Of a DNA stretch of 64,000 nucleotides, positions 41,365 to 57,013 are shown one piece after another. The position numbers were made by a program, and so were the translations under genes. The DNA is from Chrysomallon squamiferum (Eukaryota > Animalia > Mollusca). The DNA lies in the NCBI GenBank assembly GCA_012295275.1, contig CM022665.1:44082001-44146000 (forward strand), written 5' to 3'. The stretch's first letter is position 1. Every line of letters starts with the position of its first letter. Under the pieces are notes generated by a model, which saw only the letters and a program-made list of their open reading frames with translations, had not been told where the DNA came from and did no database searches.

Positions 41365-43549
41365 TGTGTGTGTGGTTTCTGAACATACAACTAAAAAGAA
41401 AAAGATTAACTGAAAGATGAATTCTTTTGTAATAATAATAACAACAACAACAACAACAGCTACAACATCTGCAACAACAACAATAATCATCATCATTATC
41501 AGTTATTCATGATGTGGCTCACGCAGCGTTCATTTTTCTCTCTTGTCAGAGCAATAATTTAAAAAAAGAAAATAACATGTTCTAAACTTCATTATTATCT
41601 TTAAACAGATTATTCATATTCTCATCTCGTTCAAAAGCTAAAGTCAACAACTGTTGAAAGTGAACCCAGAACCTTTTACCAGAGCCACAACCATCGCGGC
41701 TACTTGTAAAATCTCTATAGCTGGATATCTGTTACAACAATCACGTCTGTCGGAGTGGCGTGTTGTCTGTTGCTGACGTCGTCGATTTGAGAATGTGTTT
41801 AAATAACACGATGTGCTACTCAGATTGTAGCTGCACGTCCTTCAGTCGCTGGAGCTGCAGCTGCCTTCCAGGAAACAAACAGGATATCAGAATATCATTG
41901 ACTACAAAAACAGGCGCTTTTCCATTTCACGTTACTTAGTGGTTAAGGTACCGAACAGGTTCTCAGTTTTACAACAGCACCGGATCAAAAATTTAGTCTC
42001 AGTGTAACAAATTAGTTTTCTTTCGTAACTGAATAATTATTACAAAGAAAGGTGGACCGAGAACTTATACATAAGGTTTTAATATAGCTGTAGTGTTCGA
42101 GTTATATGCTGATATTCTGCAGTTGGAGATCGCATACTGAGGAACAACTGGAGAGGGGTTTAGGGTCGTTAAGCCTTATCTATGTATTTATCTATCTGTC
42201 TATCTTTCTCTATATGTTTGTTCTAATTCTATAACTTAACATTACGTTAGGCAAATAATACTATCACTGCCAGGATAATGTAGAATATTTCTTGAATTTT
42301 GTTTATCGTCATGTTTCAAATTGTTCTATCCCATTCAGTACTGAAGTTAAATATTAGTCTCTGTCATTATTAGATGAAGACTAAATCTACTGCAATTTTT
42401 TTTTTTTTTAATAATGTTCTGTTGAATTATACCTTTCATTTTGAGCATTATATATAATACCGAACTAAGAACATCGATACTTCATATATTACAATGTTAG
42501 AAAATATTGCTATCGGTGACCTCGATTTTTTCCGTTTACATTATTTTACCTTCCAAAATAGATTTATAAAGAAGAACACAAACATAGAGATATTAATTTG
42601 TGTTGAAATGTGTTGAAAGATCTGGTATGCTTGTAATTTAGTTGTTGTTTTTTTGTGTGAAAGGGCGGGTTCTCAGTTTATTTTGAGCTTACGTCAGATC
42701 AAATTAAACTCACAAACAGGTATCCAGCTTTAAATAACGGACAATACGGTGGTTTTGTGCTAAATAAAGAAATAAGGTAACACGCGGTGAAACTGTTGCT
42801 TCCAGAAACGTAAGAAAAACTAATTCATCTCGAATTGTTTCTTTCCAGCAAAATAAAGCAAACGCCTTCTTCTGAAATCGTTGCCCGAACGAAAACAAGT
42901 AAGACAATACTCGTTTCCACAGAGTTTACCACCGTGTTACCATAACAGCCTTGTAAATAAAAAATAATAAAAACAGCGTTTATTATGAAACGCCGGAGAG
43001 CCCCATATGTTGTTTTGATTGCGATTTTAGTCTTGTAACGAAGTCGTGAAAGTGTTGACTTTTCGGAGCCGACTCATCTCGAGAACATCTGTTAGAAGTA
43101 ATCTTTAACTGTTATTAGAATTAGAGTAAATCAGTCAGTCGTCTAAGGTGGGCGTTTGCGCCTGCGTCTGTTACGCCTCTGGTTCATAAAATAAATCCCC
43201 CACACACACACACACACACACACACATCCCAATGATTAACGATAAAGGAAGAACGAAGAAATATTTTATTTAGCGACGATAGTAAAACATTTTTAACGTA
43301 ACGTTACGTGACGTCATATTTTAAGTTTTAGAAACCTTGCTGATAAGGCAGGAGGAAGCTCGCTACCATCTCTTCATGGGTTACTCCTACTAGATAAGAA
43401 ACAAAGGCATCTTATATATACACACCTTCTCACAGATAAGGGAAGTATATCACGTTCTTTGGCAAGCCTTGAAGCGCTGTTTCTGAAATCCGAGAAACCA
43501 TGTGCTTCGCTCTGTATTGTCAAAAAATTAAATAAATAAATATTCAAGC

Positions 43550-43730
43550 TCATGAGAGAGAGAGAGAGAGAGAACGAGACAGAGAGAGCGAGAAATGAAA
43601 TAGAATGAACAGTTTAATGAATAAAGCAATGAGAGAGAGAGAGAACGAGACAGAGAGAGAGAGAAATGAAACTGAATGTACAGTTTAATGAATAAAGCAA
43701 TGAGAGAGAGAGATAGAGAGAGAGAGGAGA
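43550..43730 (+). repeat. Tandem pair of a (GA)n-flanked ~37-bp dispersed core
   Basis: GAAATGAAATAGAATG(A/G)ACAGTTTAATGAATAAAGCA at 43592 and 43663; further copies at 21034 and 39162. Confidence 0.8.
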
Positions 43731-44209
43731 GGTAGTAAAAGTGAAAAGCCTTTTTCACTCGCTTATATCTCTTACAACGGGTAGCCTGTGGAAACCTTGA
43801 ATGGCCCCACATCACAAGGAAGTTTTATCTTTAAACCTTTCACGTTTTCATCCCAGTCAAAGAGTCTCGAGATGAAAACACCCGAGGCAGGTGAGGAACA
43901 TTCCAGTAAACTAGAAATCTGATTTTCATTACACGGTGTTTACATCCGATGGATACACTGTTACGTCTTTACAGAGTGCACTTTTATTTTCATAGACAAG
44001 CACGTGCATTTAGTGATTATGTTCTTACCGTTTAATGATTAATGGATTAAAGGTGAATCTTACTGCAAGCAAGTTTTCATCGTTATCATCATCTACAACA
44101 ACAACAACAACGACAACTCTCTTTTTCTCTTTCTGTTATCTTGCTTCTATCGATGTTTGGCAAGGGTTATATTTTAAACATTTGTACAAAAATATTTCAT
44201 TTTTCTTTT

Positions 44210-44240
44210 TCTTCTTCATCATCATCATCTTCTTCTTCTT

Positions 44241-44315
<75 letters not shown>

Positions 44316-44501
44316 GTGGTTATTGTTATTGTTGTAGTTGTATCTGTTGTTGTTATTGTTAATATTATTATTGTTGTTGTTCTCTTGTTATTGCTATTAT
44401 TATTATTATTATCATTATTGTTGTTGTTGTTGTTATTGTTTTTACCATTACTATTACTATTATCATCATCATCATCATCATTACTACTACTACTAGTAAA
44501 A

Positions 44502-44583
<82 letters not shown>
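44210..44583. repeat. Compound trinucleotide microsatellite (TCT/TAT/TGT)n
   Basis: Directly visible; source of the spurious poly-L/Y ORFs. Confidence 0.9.
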
Positions 44584-44997
44584 GACATGGTTTTTTTAAT
44601 TCTGGTTTCACGTATCAGAAAGCCTGCCAGCACCATATTTTTTCTGGCCAGGGAATCCATGCCAGGTATGTCAGTGGCTGGTTTCTGATTTCATTTTTCT
44701 GAGAAAAGAAAACCTGTTGCTTCCAAAGAACAGAAGATACCTGAAACCGTACGTTCATCCATGCGTAGTAATTTATGTGCGTGTGCGTGAGGGTATTATG
44801 TGTATTTATATCTCTATGTTCAAGAGTATATAGATCTATTTATGTATGCATGTGAATGTACGTATGTATTATATATGTATGTAGGTTATGTATGTATGTG
44901 TGTATTATATATGTATGTTTGTGTTTTGTACGTATATGTATATGTATGATTTATCTATGTGTGCATGTAGGTACCTATCTATCTGCCTGGCTGTCTG

Positions 44998-45071
<74 letters not shown>

Positions 45072-45335
45072 CATCTATCTATCCATATATCTGTCTATCT
45101 ATCTATTAAAATTATTTAGCCCTTCAAAATAACGGGACGTGAGTTCATCATTGTCACAAAGTATTAATTTCAAGAATCCTTCAAGATTCCACATCAGGTA
45201 CTGCCCTCACTGTATAATGAATGGTAGCTGCAAGTAACGCGTTATGTAAGTAATTTGATCATTACTGCTTTGTACCGTGTCTGATTGGTGGCACGTGCAA
45301 AAGTGCTACTCCATTGACCCGAATTTTTCACTCGC

Positions 45336-45370
<35 letters not shown>

Positions 45371-46139
45371 TTCTTTTCCATCTCTTTCATCGTCGTTTTC
45401 GTAATACCAGTAGCTGGCAGTTAGATTCCAATTTCTTTTTTTTTTTTTTTTTCTTGAGGAATACAGTAATTATAATTATGTGCAGTATGTCGATTTGTAA
45501 GAATGCTTTTTATGTACTTGATGCAAACTCTGACGTAGACAGGTATATCTTTAGAGAATGTCACCTTATCTTTGTTTGTTTTTTATTTTTCTTATTTATA
45601 TATATATTTTTTTTAACCCACGTTATTTCCGAACATTTATATGACTGCTGATATTCAACATGAAACACAGAATCACACGCAGTTATATTTAATATACAGT
45701 TTGATCCTGCAACCAATGTTATAATTATTTTATAATTATATTCAAGATAAACTAGATTTATGGTTTTACCATTACTGTCCTTGAATTCAGTATTGAAGCT
45801 TGAGCCCACAGCAGGCGTGTTTGAACAGTTATTTCGTTTAAGAAAGTTTACAGTAACCCAAGCAATACCAATCACAAACCAGAGGATAGTTTTACAATAA
45901 ACAACTCTGAAACGAAGTTTTTTCTTAACTCTGTATATCAAAACAAAGGCATCTGGACAAGTAACACTATCATTTCTGAGTTCTTGCAAATCATTTTTAA
46001 TGATTTAGTTATTAAAATAAAAATAATTCATAAACAAAATATTTTTTTTCTGAAAGGTGATAGCAATAGAACGTAACCTATGAATTAACGAAGTGATCAA
46101 TATTTGGCAAAACACGTTAATTGTAATATTGGTAATAAC

Positions 46140-46530
46140 AGAACTAATCGCATGTTATTGCTAATGTAAAAGGGATTTTGTAAAAAACACGTAATAATTT
46201 ATAATAGGTGTGAGATACAGAACTAGTCATAATATGTTATTGCTAATGTACAAGAGATAATTTAAGTAAGATGTAATAATATATAATATGTGTGAGATAC
46301 AGAGCTAGTCATAAATGTTATAATAATGTACAAGAGATAATTTAAGTTAAATGTATAATACGTGTGAGATACAGAACTAGTCATAATATGTTATTGTTAA
46401 TGTACAAGAGATAATTTAAGTTAGATGTAATAATGTATAATACGTGTGATATACAGAGCTAGTCATAATATGTTATTGCTAACGTATAAGAGATAATTTA
46501 AGTTAGATGTAATAATGTATAATATGTGAT
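46140..46530 (+). repeat. ~80-bp minisatellite, 4-5 units
   Basis: gtgagatacaga(a/g)ctagtcataatatgttattgctaatgtacaagagataatttaag recurs near 46210, 46292, 46364 and 46446. Confidence 0.88.
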
Positions 46531-47782
46531 ATGCTGAATATAACGATCCTCCTTTATAGTGGAGATTATTACGCTTATTCGAGTTGTCTTTTAAAGTGGA
46601 CTGAATCAATACACTAAATACACTATTCATATTTCTTTATTATTATTATATTATAATAACTAATCTTTACTAAAAATAAAGTCTATTACAACAGTATAAC
46701 AAAGCCGTATAACAAACGGAAGTGTAATAATGTATTTCGTGATATTAAGACATAGAAAACGTGGACTTTGTTAGATGTAATAATGTATAACTGTGCTAGT
46801 TTATTATTAACAAGGGTTTATAAATACAAAAAGTAAAAATTAAATATCTTTGAATACTTACTAGTCAAGATAGACGTGGGCCGCATATTTGAAATATAAA
46901 TCGTGTTTTGACTATTTGAATATAACGACCCTCCTTTCGCTTATTTTCTTTTAAAGATGCAGTTTACTAAATATTTGGATTTATTTAAACTTACCTCAAC
47001 ACTTTTGTACAAACTTCTATTAAATACGCCGTTACATTTAATATACAGTTTTTTGATCCTGCAACCAATGTTATAAAATTATTTGCTTTTTTATAATTAT
47101 ATACTAAATATTTATTTGGTTCTTACATTACTGTCCTTGGGACAGTTACTAAAAATCAAGTGTAAAATTAAAGAATGTATTCTGACATTAATTTACAACC
47201 CTCTAATCATTACAGGAATAGAAATTCGCTTAGCTGATTAGGTTCGCACAAAAGAATCTCAAAACCAATAGAATCAGAATACCTCCGTGACGTAACAAAA
47301 AATAATTTATCTGCGTGCGCACGTGGACGCGTTATTTGTGCTACTTATTATCACGTTCTGTTTAGATTGGTCATTTCCGTTACGTCATTTGCGTAATAAA
47401 TCAATTATCTTCATCCAGCGTAATGATCAAGAAATAGTCTGAGCTGGGTGAGGCAACTGATGAGCCCTTCTGAGCAATCAGCTTATGATAAGATTGACGG
47501 CACAACGTACGCGCGTATGATTGTGACTGCTGTTGTTTTGCACGTGCATTTTTTCAGAAACCGCCCATATCAGTATGCAATTCTACGTGTACTGAGACTG
47601 GTGCATTGAGTTATTAATGGTTTTAGATCTAATTTGGTGTCTGAGTAGATAGCAGGGGATGAGATCTAACAATAAATTGCAGTGTGCTTGTAGTTTAAGA
47701 AGTTAATGAGTGGTGTAGTGATGTCTGGTCTTTCGTTTCCTTCGCTCCTTTTTAGTAGTTATCCTAAATGTTAAAGAATAAA

Positions 47783-47867
<85 letters not shown>

Positions 47868-50226
47868 TTGACTTGAAAACAAGAAGATAAACGATGTCAG
47901 TTTCTGGAGAAGATTCCAGAAAGTATAATTAAATTTCATATTGATTAAGCTACACCATGGTGTTATAAACCAAAAAAACCACAAAAAAATGATAATAATA
48001 ATAACAATAAATTAAAAAAAAAAAAAATGTAACTGCAAAAGGGATGGCGGTAACACAGACTGATAACAAATTACTTTAGAAAAGAATGAAGCATCAAGGA
48101 TGAATCTCAAAAAAAAAACCCACCAAGATGAATTTAACTGAACCCCTCTCTATCTCTCTCTCTCTCTCACTCTCTAACTTGGACATATTCCAAAAGACTT
48201 TCATATATCAACGTAAAATTTCATTTCTGAACGTGATGAAAGATTAAACATTACCAAATTACAGACGTAAAAATATTAAAAGATATTACACGTGACAGAA
48301 GCTTCAAACAGCTGTAAATAACGTCAGTGTCAAGGGTGCTGTGTGTGGTTAAGCCTCGTGATCATCAAACCGGCAGGTAATGGGTTCGTATTCAGATTAC
48401 TACCTCACAGACTTAATTCGGCCACCCATCGTGTTTTCTCTAATATTCTCTTCAGCAAAACAAAACAAACTCAAGGATTCCGGGCATTACGACGACGAAA
48501 CCCGTTTCTCAACGGTTCTGATGACCCAGTCTTTAGTTACGTCACTCAATGCACAGAATAACTGACGGGTACATTACGTACTTGTTTGTTGCCTTTTCGC
48601 CTATCACAAAGCGTACGAGCAGACGTCACAAGATTCTCGGTGTTTGGTAAAAGCAACAACTGTTAATATAATAATTTTTTTCTGCTGCTTCTTCGTCAGC
48701 GAGTTTCGTGCATGAGTAAAACAGCGCACGGAAAAGCCGTCGTTAACTGACAGAAATTCTCTGCCTCACGTTGATGGAGAGTGCACCGATTGTATCCATG
48801 GTAACTCGTCTTCTGTAACGTAAACAAGTGTTCTCCGAGTTCGGATTGTTTCGGGGTCGTTTTATCGTTGTGTTGGCGGCGGCGATGATGATGATGATGA
48901 TGAATGCATACCTGTAAAAGAGCAAATGAACTGTACATGAACAAATGTTAATTACTTCTGCGTAAAAACAGAGAGAGACCGAGAGGAGAGAGAGGGTAAC
49001 AAAGAAAGAAAAAAGAATGTGCTGATCTTTCTAGAAAATGAACCAACGTGGGAAGTAACGATGACAGACGTCGTAGAAGTAAATTATGTAAATCAGACCT
49101 TCACGAAAGCCAACGATTCACTTTTGAATGATCGCCACGTCTGCATCGTTAATCATTTATGAACAGGCGTCCTTGTTGACTGAAATGTTATTTACAAAAT
49201 TTTACTCTAAGGTTCCAAAAGCAAGATGTAACGAATACTGTATTTTCTGAGATTATTGAAAATGACATATCGCTCCAGTGAGTTTTGAAAGAATGCGGTT
49301 AGGAAATGTTTTCAACAAAGATTTACAAGAATGAAAAAAAAAAAAATAATAAATAAAATAAAAAGTTAAAAAGTAGACTGTTAAAAAAGCAGAAAATTGT
49401 TTTATGTGCGACAGAGAGAGAGAGAGAGAGTGAGTGGTGAAAATGAATGAACTAATTAGAACTGGTTGTTGTGAAGCTAGTTGTTATTTCACACTTTTTG
49501 ACCTTGCCAAAGGGTGTCAGGGTCACAGAAGAGGACACACGGGAAGAGAAAGGGTGCGAATTCTTGTTATGGGTGACAGGGCACAAGAAAGTGCAGATCA
49601 CATCAGAACGCAAACAGCCATTTCTTGCACGTAAAAAATATTATTTTACAGCCATGAAAACGTTTTTCTTCAAGACCATGTGTGAATCCAGACTCCTTGG
49701 GCAACCAAAATTATGACTTAACATAACAATTTTTTTTTCTTCTTAATTCATTTTTACTTTTTTTTTCCCCTCTCTCTTATTTTTTTTTTTTTTTTTGTAT
49801 TTTCTCTTTATTTCTGTGTGAGATTCTTTATTAAACCAGCTCCACGTGACTCTGGGTCGACTCTCACTCAATGATAATTATATTATCACGTTCAAACCGG
49901 AGTTTATCAACGAATTTACAGAATTCAGGACCGGCTAACTTTGATGATTTTATTTTCGTATTTAGGTAATATGTTTTGGTAAAACGCCCTTGAATAGTTT
50001 GTCCCGTTACACAAATACGTAAAAGTAATGAAAAGTTGAAACAGAAGAAAAAGTACTAAAGAACACGATTTATGTTAGATGTTTTACGATTCAAAACAGT
50101 CTGTTAACTTCAGTAGTTTAACTCTATTTTGGCACTTTAATAACAGCCTTAGTGCTTAAGTGCTTAGTTTTGCAGAATTATATCTTTTTTTCTTCTTCTT
50201 TTTTTTTTTTTGACATTAATGTTTTT

Positions 50227-50854
<628 letters not shown>

Positions 50855-52442
50855 AATGCATTTTCACTTCATTATGACTAATCATGTGAGTAACTCAGGC
50901 TGATCAAATTAACACAGATAAGAGACATTATCTTGTATCCTCTGAAACCTTCTTATTTATCTAATAAAGATATTTATCGTCGACTGTCATAAACAATTCA
51001 CACGTACATTATGGAAGTATAAATTACTTATATAACCTTGGCGTGCATGCAGAGTTTGAAGAATGCAATTCATGTATACATTATTTAATTTAACTTCACA
51101 GAAACAGCTTAAAATTAAACTGAAGATACTAATTATCTAATTTTTTTTTTTAATTTTTAATTTTTTTTTTTTTTTTTTTTTTGGTTTTGTTACCAAATAG
51201 AAAAACAGGTGAAAAAATAATTCAAACTAATATCCTCATGTAATTATTTTTCAAATTGATATGAGAGTAATTTTAGTTTAATAAAGTAGGTATTTTAATT
51301 GTTGTATACTTTAACGGTATGTCGACTGTGTTTTTTTTAATTAGAATATAAAATATATTACTGTTTTTGGCACGAGCTGAAAGTGTGAATAAAATTTTTA
51401 TATCTATGTTATTTACTCGCTTTATGTCACTCCGAACTTTGAAAACATTTTTTGTAAAAAAAATTAAGAAATATAAAGAAATAATATAAAGAAAAAAACA
51501 AGAAAAAGGAAGCAAAGAAAGAATGAATAATTATAGCAACCTTTACACACACGCACTAACACTGAAACTAATAATCATAATAATATAACAATCACACACA
51601 GGTACAGACATACATCCGCACACATTCACACACAACGGTAATAAATTAAACAATATTTGTATCAGTTAACTGACAGTAATATTAAATTTTCACAATAAAT
51701 CTTTGATTAACGAAACCGCTGTAGGTTAAATTAGAATCAGACTTGGTTATCGAAAGTGTAAATGTGTGTGTGTGTGTGTGCGTGTGTGTGTGCCTTTGTC
51801 TGTATACACACACACACACATATGTATATATGTATATATAAATATATATATATATGCATACGTGTGTGTATGTGTGTGTGTGTATAAAGATATATATATA
51901 TATATTTGCGTGTATGTATACACTGTATATGCATTATCTTGTTCTTCAAGATAATGTTTGTAAAAATAGCCTTGGTGTTGATGGAAAATGCAAGGATTTC
52001 CTCTCTTTAAAAATGTGCTTATGCACGTCTTTCTTGTTCAAGACTGGATTGCTCAAGATTGGATTGTTCAAGACTGGATTGCTCAAGACTGGATTGATGG
52101 TATCTGTGTGTTACAGTTCTGGTGTTTTTGATGGATTTTTTAAATTTAACAGAAAACTAATAAAAGTGCTCTTGTCATATCTTTAAATAAATGTTTGACG
52201 ATGATCAGCGCCTGTTATGTCTTGTATAAACAAAAATATATTACTGAGATATATATATTTAGATAGACAGAGAGACAAATAGATAGAAAGATAGATAGAC
52301 AAATAAATATTTCTAAGTAACAAACTGAACCCAACAGTAACCTAATGTTTATATAGATAGATAGATAGATATAATTTAAACAAAAAATAAAAACGATTCA
52401 TAAATAACAATAACAATAATAATAGCAACAACAACATTAATA

Positions 52443-52486
<44 letters not shown>

Positions 52487-53120
52487 GTGTAGTCATAAAA
52501 CTAATCAGTTGATTCGCAAACGGAGGCGAAGGAATTTTACCGGCGTGAAGTGACAAAACTGGCGCACCACAATGGTGGAATCTACGTCACTCTCTCGAGT
52601 GCCATACAAGGAAGGCTACGGTGGGAAGGAACATGATACTTCACTAACAAGTTTTTCTTCTTCTTCTTCTTCTTCTTCGTCTCTGTTCTCGTTTTTATAG
52701 TGGAGGTAACTGCCGAGACCTGAAAATACCATCAATAAACGTGTGGCATGCAAATAGAAAGCCGGTTTTTGTAACAGAATACGACGTCTTCGGGACCGTA
52801 ACCAGTCGTCTGGCAGAGAGGGGGGGGGCGTCCATTTTCATAATGCCTTGTTCGTCAAGCGAGAGGCCAGGCTCTTGCAAGGATATTTAAATTTGTATGG
52901 GTCCATAATTGCCTGAAATTAAATTCTGAACCTTTGGTGGGTTAAACGGTTTCTTAGTACTGTTATTAAGTTTTTACTTTAACTGGAAGAATGAATATTT
53001 CGTTTAAGAATGTTTTCGTACGTACTGTTTACATTTTGAACACGTAAAAGTAATAAAGATTGTGAAAATACTGAAACGATGTTGATGATGGAGATGATGA
53101 TGATGATGATGTTAAAGTTG

Positions 53121-53160
<40 letters not shown>

Positions 53161-53409
53161 GATCAAATTTTTTTTTTTTTTTTCCCCCCTTCTATATCTG
53201 CAGTAAATCTCTCTGGATAGTTTGTTTATAAAGACAGGTGCAGAATATTTAATTTCCGACCGCCGGATGTTTATCAGTTTACAAACTGTCCACCTCACAG
53301 ACTAGAAGGAATGTAAGAATGTCCGACTTTTAATAACACGCACACGCACGCACACAGACACACACGTGCTTACGTGCATAATACATACACAGAGGTATGT
53401 ATGTGTGGG

Positions 53410-53447
<38 letters not shown>

Positions 53448-56400
53448 GCGTTTTCTGTTATATAATTAGAAAATTAATTCTTACGCAGAAAGATATTTTA
53501 AATAAATAAATATCTTTTTTCTTCTTTTCCTTTCTTACAAAAAGAAAACAAAAGGTTGTCGAGTTGCAGCAAACATGAAATCCTCTCCCCTCTGTTTAAG
53601 TGCCAATAACCTTTTTTTTTCTTCTTCTTCTCTAATAATGGTTTTCTGTTTTCTGGCAGAACGTGAAGGTATGTTTTCGAATCAGGAGGGAGGAGAAAAT
53701 AAGAGGGAAGTTTTAAGGCCAATGACTGATTAGAAATCTAAGACAAGACTAGTAACCTTATTTTTATCTGAGAATTTAAGAAATAAATTTAAAAAATTGA
53801 AGAAAATATATTTTTAAACATGTCAAAATGGCTTTGAAACGAATACGGCACATTGCGTAAGTAAGGTTCATGTAAATTTTTTTACAAAAATCCGTGTGAA
53901 TATCATTCGATAAACATCCTAATGCATCAACCGACAATGCATGAACGTCAAAGCATAACAAACAATTATTCGTTTCAAACTGTTTTGTCAGTTTCACTAC
54001 AACAGTTGCAAATTGCTCTGGTTTTTTTTTTTTTTCGTTTTCTAAAACAAATTAAAAAAAAAAATTGTATTGGCAGACAGTATGTGTAAATGACAAATGG
54101 CATAGATTAATTAGATAGATAACTGGAAACATCGTTCTGCATTTGTTACGTAACAGAAACAAAAATTTTGTTGTTTGAACGTGTAAGACAGATGCAAAGT
54201 GCATTAACCGTTATAAATATCGAGATGATTAATTTCTCTGATACACAACAAACTATCAATGCATCGACTTGTCACGTGTACAGAAGACGTAACTATTATA
54301 ACCATATTACAAACTATTTCAGGCCGGCAATATATATACACGGTGATATTAAAACTGCATTCACTAGATAAGTAAGTGAATAACGATAATACTCTGCGAA
54401 ATATTATTGGTTTGTTTTACATTTGGAAAATAAAACTGCAGTGGAACACACTGCAAATTGCATTATATGGTATTAAGTGTATTAAACAAATAACGCCTAT
54501 GTTAATTAGTATCAACTGCAAACTGTCATTGACTGGTTAAATACGTAGATAGACTAATTGCACTAGGGTTTCATTCATGTCTAATGCAAACATCACTAGT
54601 TTGTTTGTACAAACAGTAAAATTGGCATTGACAGCTATCAGTAAGAGCTGCAAACTGCACAGACTGATTAGAAGGAAGATTACCTAACTGCACTAAATGA
54701 TGACTGGGATACGATGGAAATCATTACTGGCTTGCTGTATGGAAAGAATCATAGAAGAATTGTACTGACCGATTAATCAATTAGACATCAAATAGTACTG
54801 ACTACTTAGATAGAAGAAAAAAATAAAATACATATATATATTGAGAAGTTATTTGGATCAATAACAAATTAGACTGTTTGGTTACCATACACTTGACAAA
54901 TTGCATTAACTAATCATCAGCACGAAATGCAAACTATTGGTGGCTGGTTGTGTGTATTGAAAACACATTGACTTGCTATTAGGGAAATTGGCAAATTGCA
55001 ATATACTGACTATTAGTGTACATTACCAAGTGTATCAACTAGTTATTAGTGTGATATTGTATAAACTGGTAAGTGAAGCTAATGCAATCAGTATGACAAT
55101 AACATAATTACTTCTGTGATGTACGCATTCCCCACATCTGTGTGATTATCAGTGGTGTCTTCTTCTTCTTCGAGTGTTTGCTTATCACAGACAACTACAC
55201 ATTTGTGCACGGGACAGGCTGGAGTAGCTGATGTATGACACCGTCACAAGAAATCTGCAGCAGCGTATTTTACAGCATCGTTGAGAACATGGTGCTGAAA
55301 AGTTTAATAGTTTCTCCATCATATAAAGCAATTTGCATAACGAAAAAAAAATAAAGTTTTATTGTTAATGACAAACTTATTTTTTTAGAAAGATACGTAA
55401 TGAAATTACACCTGAACCTAATGACCGTTTTTAAAAAAAAAAAAAAAAGAAAAGTAAATCAGAAAATAAATAAAAATGAAATAGCCACTTAATTTTAGCC
55501 ATTAATGCTCATTTACGTGCGTAATTATTGTGGAAGTAAAAACTCCTTCCGGTATTTATCGCATCCGCCATATTTCTTTCATATGTCGTTTTTTTTTTTT
55601 TTTTTTTTTCAGTTAAATAAACAAACTAATAGATTTCAACATTAAGTAATAATTTACACACACTTGGGTAAGTTTAGTGGCCGGTAGGTATAAAAAAAAG
55701 AAAAGAAAAGTGTCTCAAGTGTTTCTATAGTGCACCAAGCTTTCCTGTTTATCTCGGACGGACTGCAGTTCACAAGGGTCGTTTAATTTCGCTTTTCGCT
55801 TTCCTACAGATACCGCTGGAGATTAACCGTGGGCGCGTGCCTGGCACGTGCACGGTGCATCATGGGGGCTGCGCACAGAAATAGGAGTAGATGGGATAAG
55901 TAAGAGCTGGGATTTTTTTTTTTTTTTTTTTTTTCTTTCTTTCGTTTTTTTTTATTTTCATCTTATTTTTATCTTTTAATACGCACTAGGCGTAATAAAA
56001 TCCAGAAAACAGAATTTGTTTACTCTGAAAGTTGAATAAACGTAACGGTCGGTGAAATAATGGTGGTGGTGGTGGTGGTTATGATGATGTAATGACGGTG
56101 TAGGTGGTGATGATGTAATGATGACGGAGGTGATGGTGATGGTAACGGTGATGTTAATTATGGTGATGACTGTAATGATACTTGCTGTAATGAACATAAC
56201 TGTAAACGCTTTCGGTGTAACCGCTTTAGGAGGTTAAATTTGTAATTAACAGTCTGTGTATGCCTTGTAACTTTTTCTTTTTATATTATAAAAATACCAT
56301 AGTCGAAAACAGAACAACAAAAAATAATAATTCCAGTACTTAATTCTCAACTAAGTGTCTTCATCTGTAACACCTCGACCCTCGGAAGAAAAAACAATAA

Positions 56401-56692
56401 AACAACGACAGCAGCAACAACTACAGCTACAACTAGAACAATAGCAACAGCAACTACAACAACAGATAAATAAATAAATGCATGTGTCTAGCGAAAAACC
56501 TTTTGCAAAAAATATATATTTAAAAAAAGAAGAAAGGAAAGCGAATAGAATGGAAATTTAAAAAACATACAAAACAACTAAATCTAATGAAAAACAGAAT
56601 AATAAAAATCTAAATCTTTTTTTTAAAAAATATAAAAGTATAAAAACATTTATCTACATAAAAATAGAATAATAAACATTCATTATTTAGCA

Positions 56693-56730
<38 letters not shown>

Positions 56731-56919
56731 ACAAAAAGAAAACCAATATCCAATGCATGTACTTCAGTTACTTTGCTATGTCCTCGTTTTCGCCGAAAAA
56801 TCTCGTTCATGTTGAAGGAAGCGGCAGATATACTAATTATTACATACACGTCGAGGCGTTTCTCTGTATTCTCCTTATACAGACAGGTTCCGTTATAGAG
56901 AATTTATACCGTCAACCCG

Positions 56920-57013
56920 CCTCGACCAATCGAAACGCTTCTTCGCAGATCGTATCGCAAGCTATAAAGTTGCAAGAAGCGTCTGCTTCACAGAACAGCC
57001 CGGAAACGTAAGT
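56920..57013 (+). promoter_or_regulatory. Candidate myosin heavy chain core promoter and very short non-coding first exon
   Basis: CCAAT at 56926, TATAAA at 56963, expected start ~56990, strong donor AC|GTAAGT at 57007/57008, then T-rich intron-like DNA up to the acceptor at 60204. Confidence 0.55.

Noticed and set aside
43245-43460. Possible SINE-like gastropod repeat relics here and at ~38880-39110 and ~17500-17600
   Set aside because: Similarity between the copies is too weak by eye to define boundaries without a repeat library.
48370-48420. Minus-strand TGAGGTAGTA resembling the 5' end of let-7
   Set aside because: The match stops after 10 nt and only a 6-7-bp hairpin forms; not a pre-miRNA.
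48696-48944. Minus-strand His-rich ORF with an apparent acceptor near 48911
   Set aside because: The His run comes from a (GAT)n microsatellite; no recognisable domain or partner exons.
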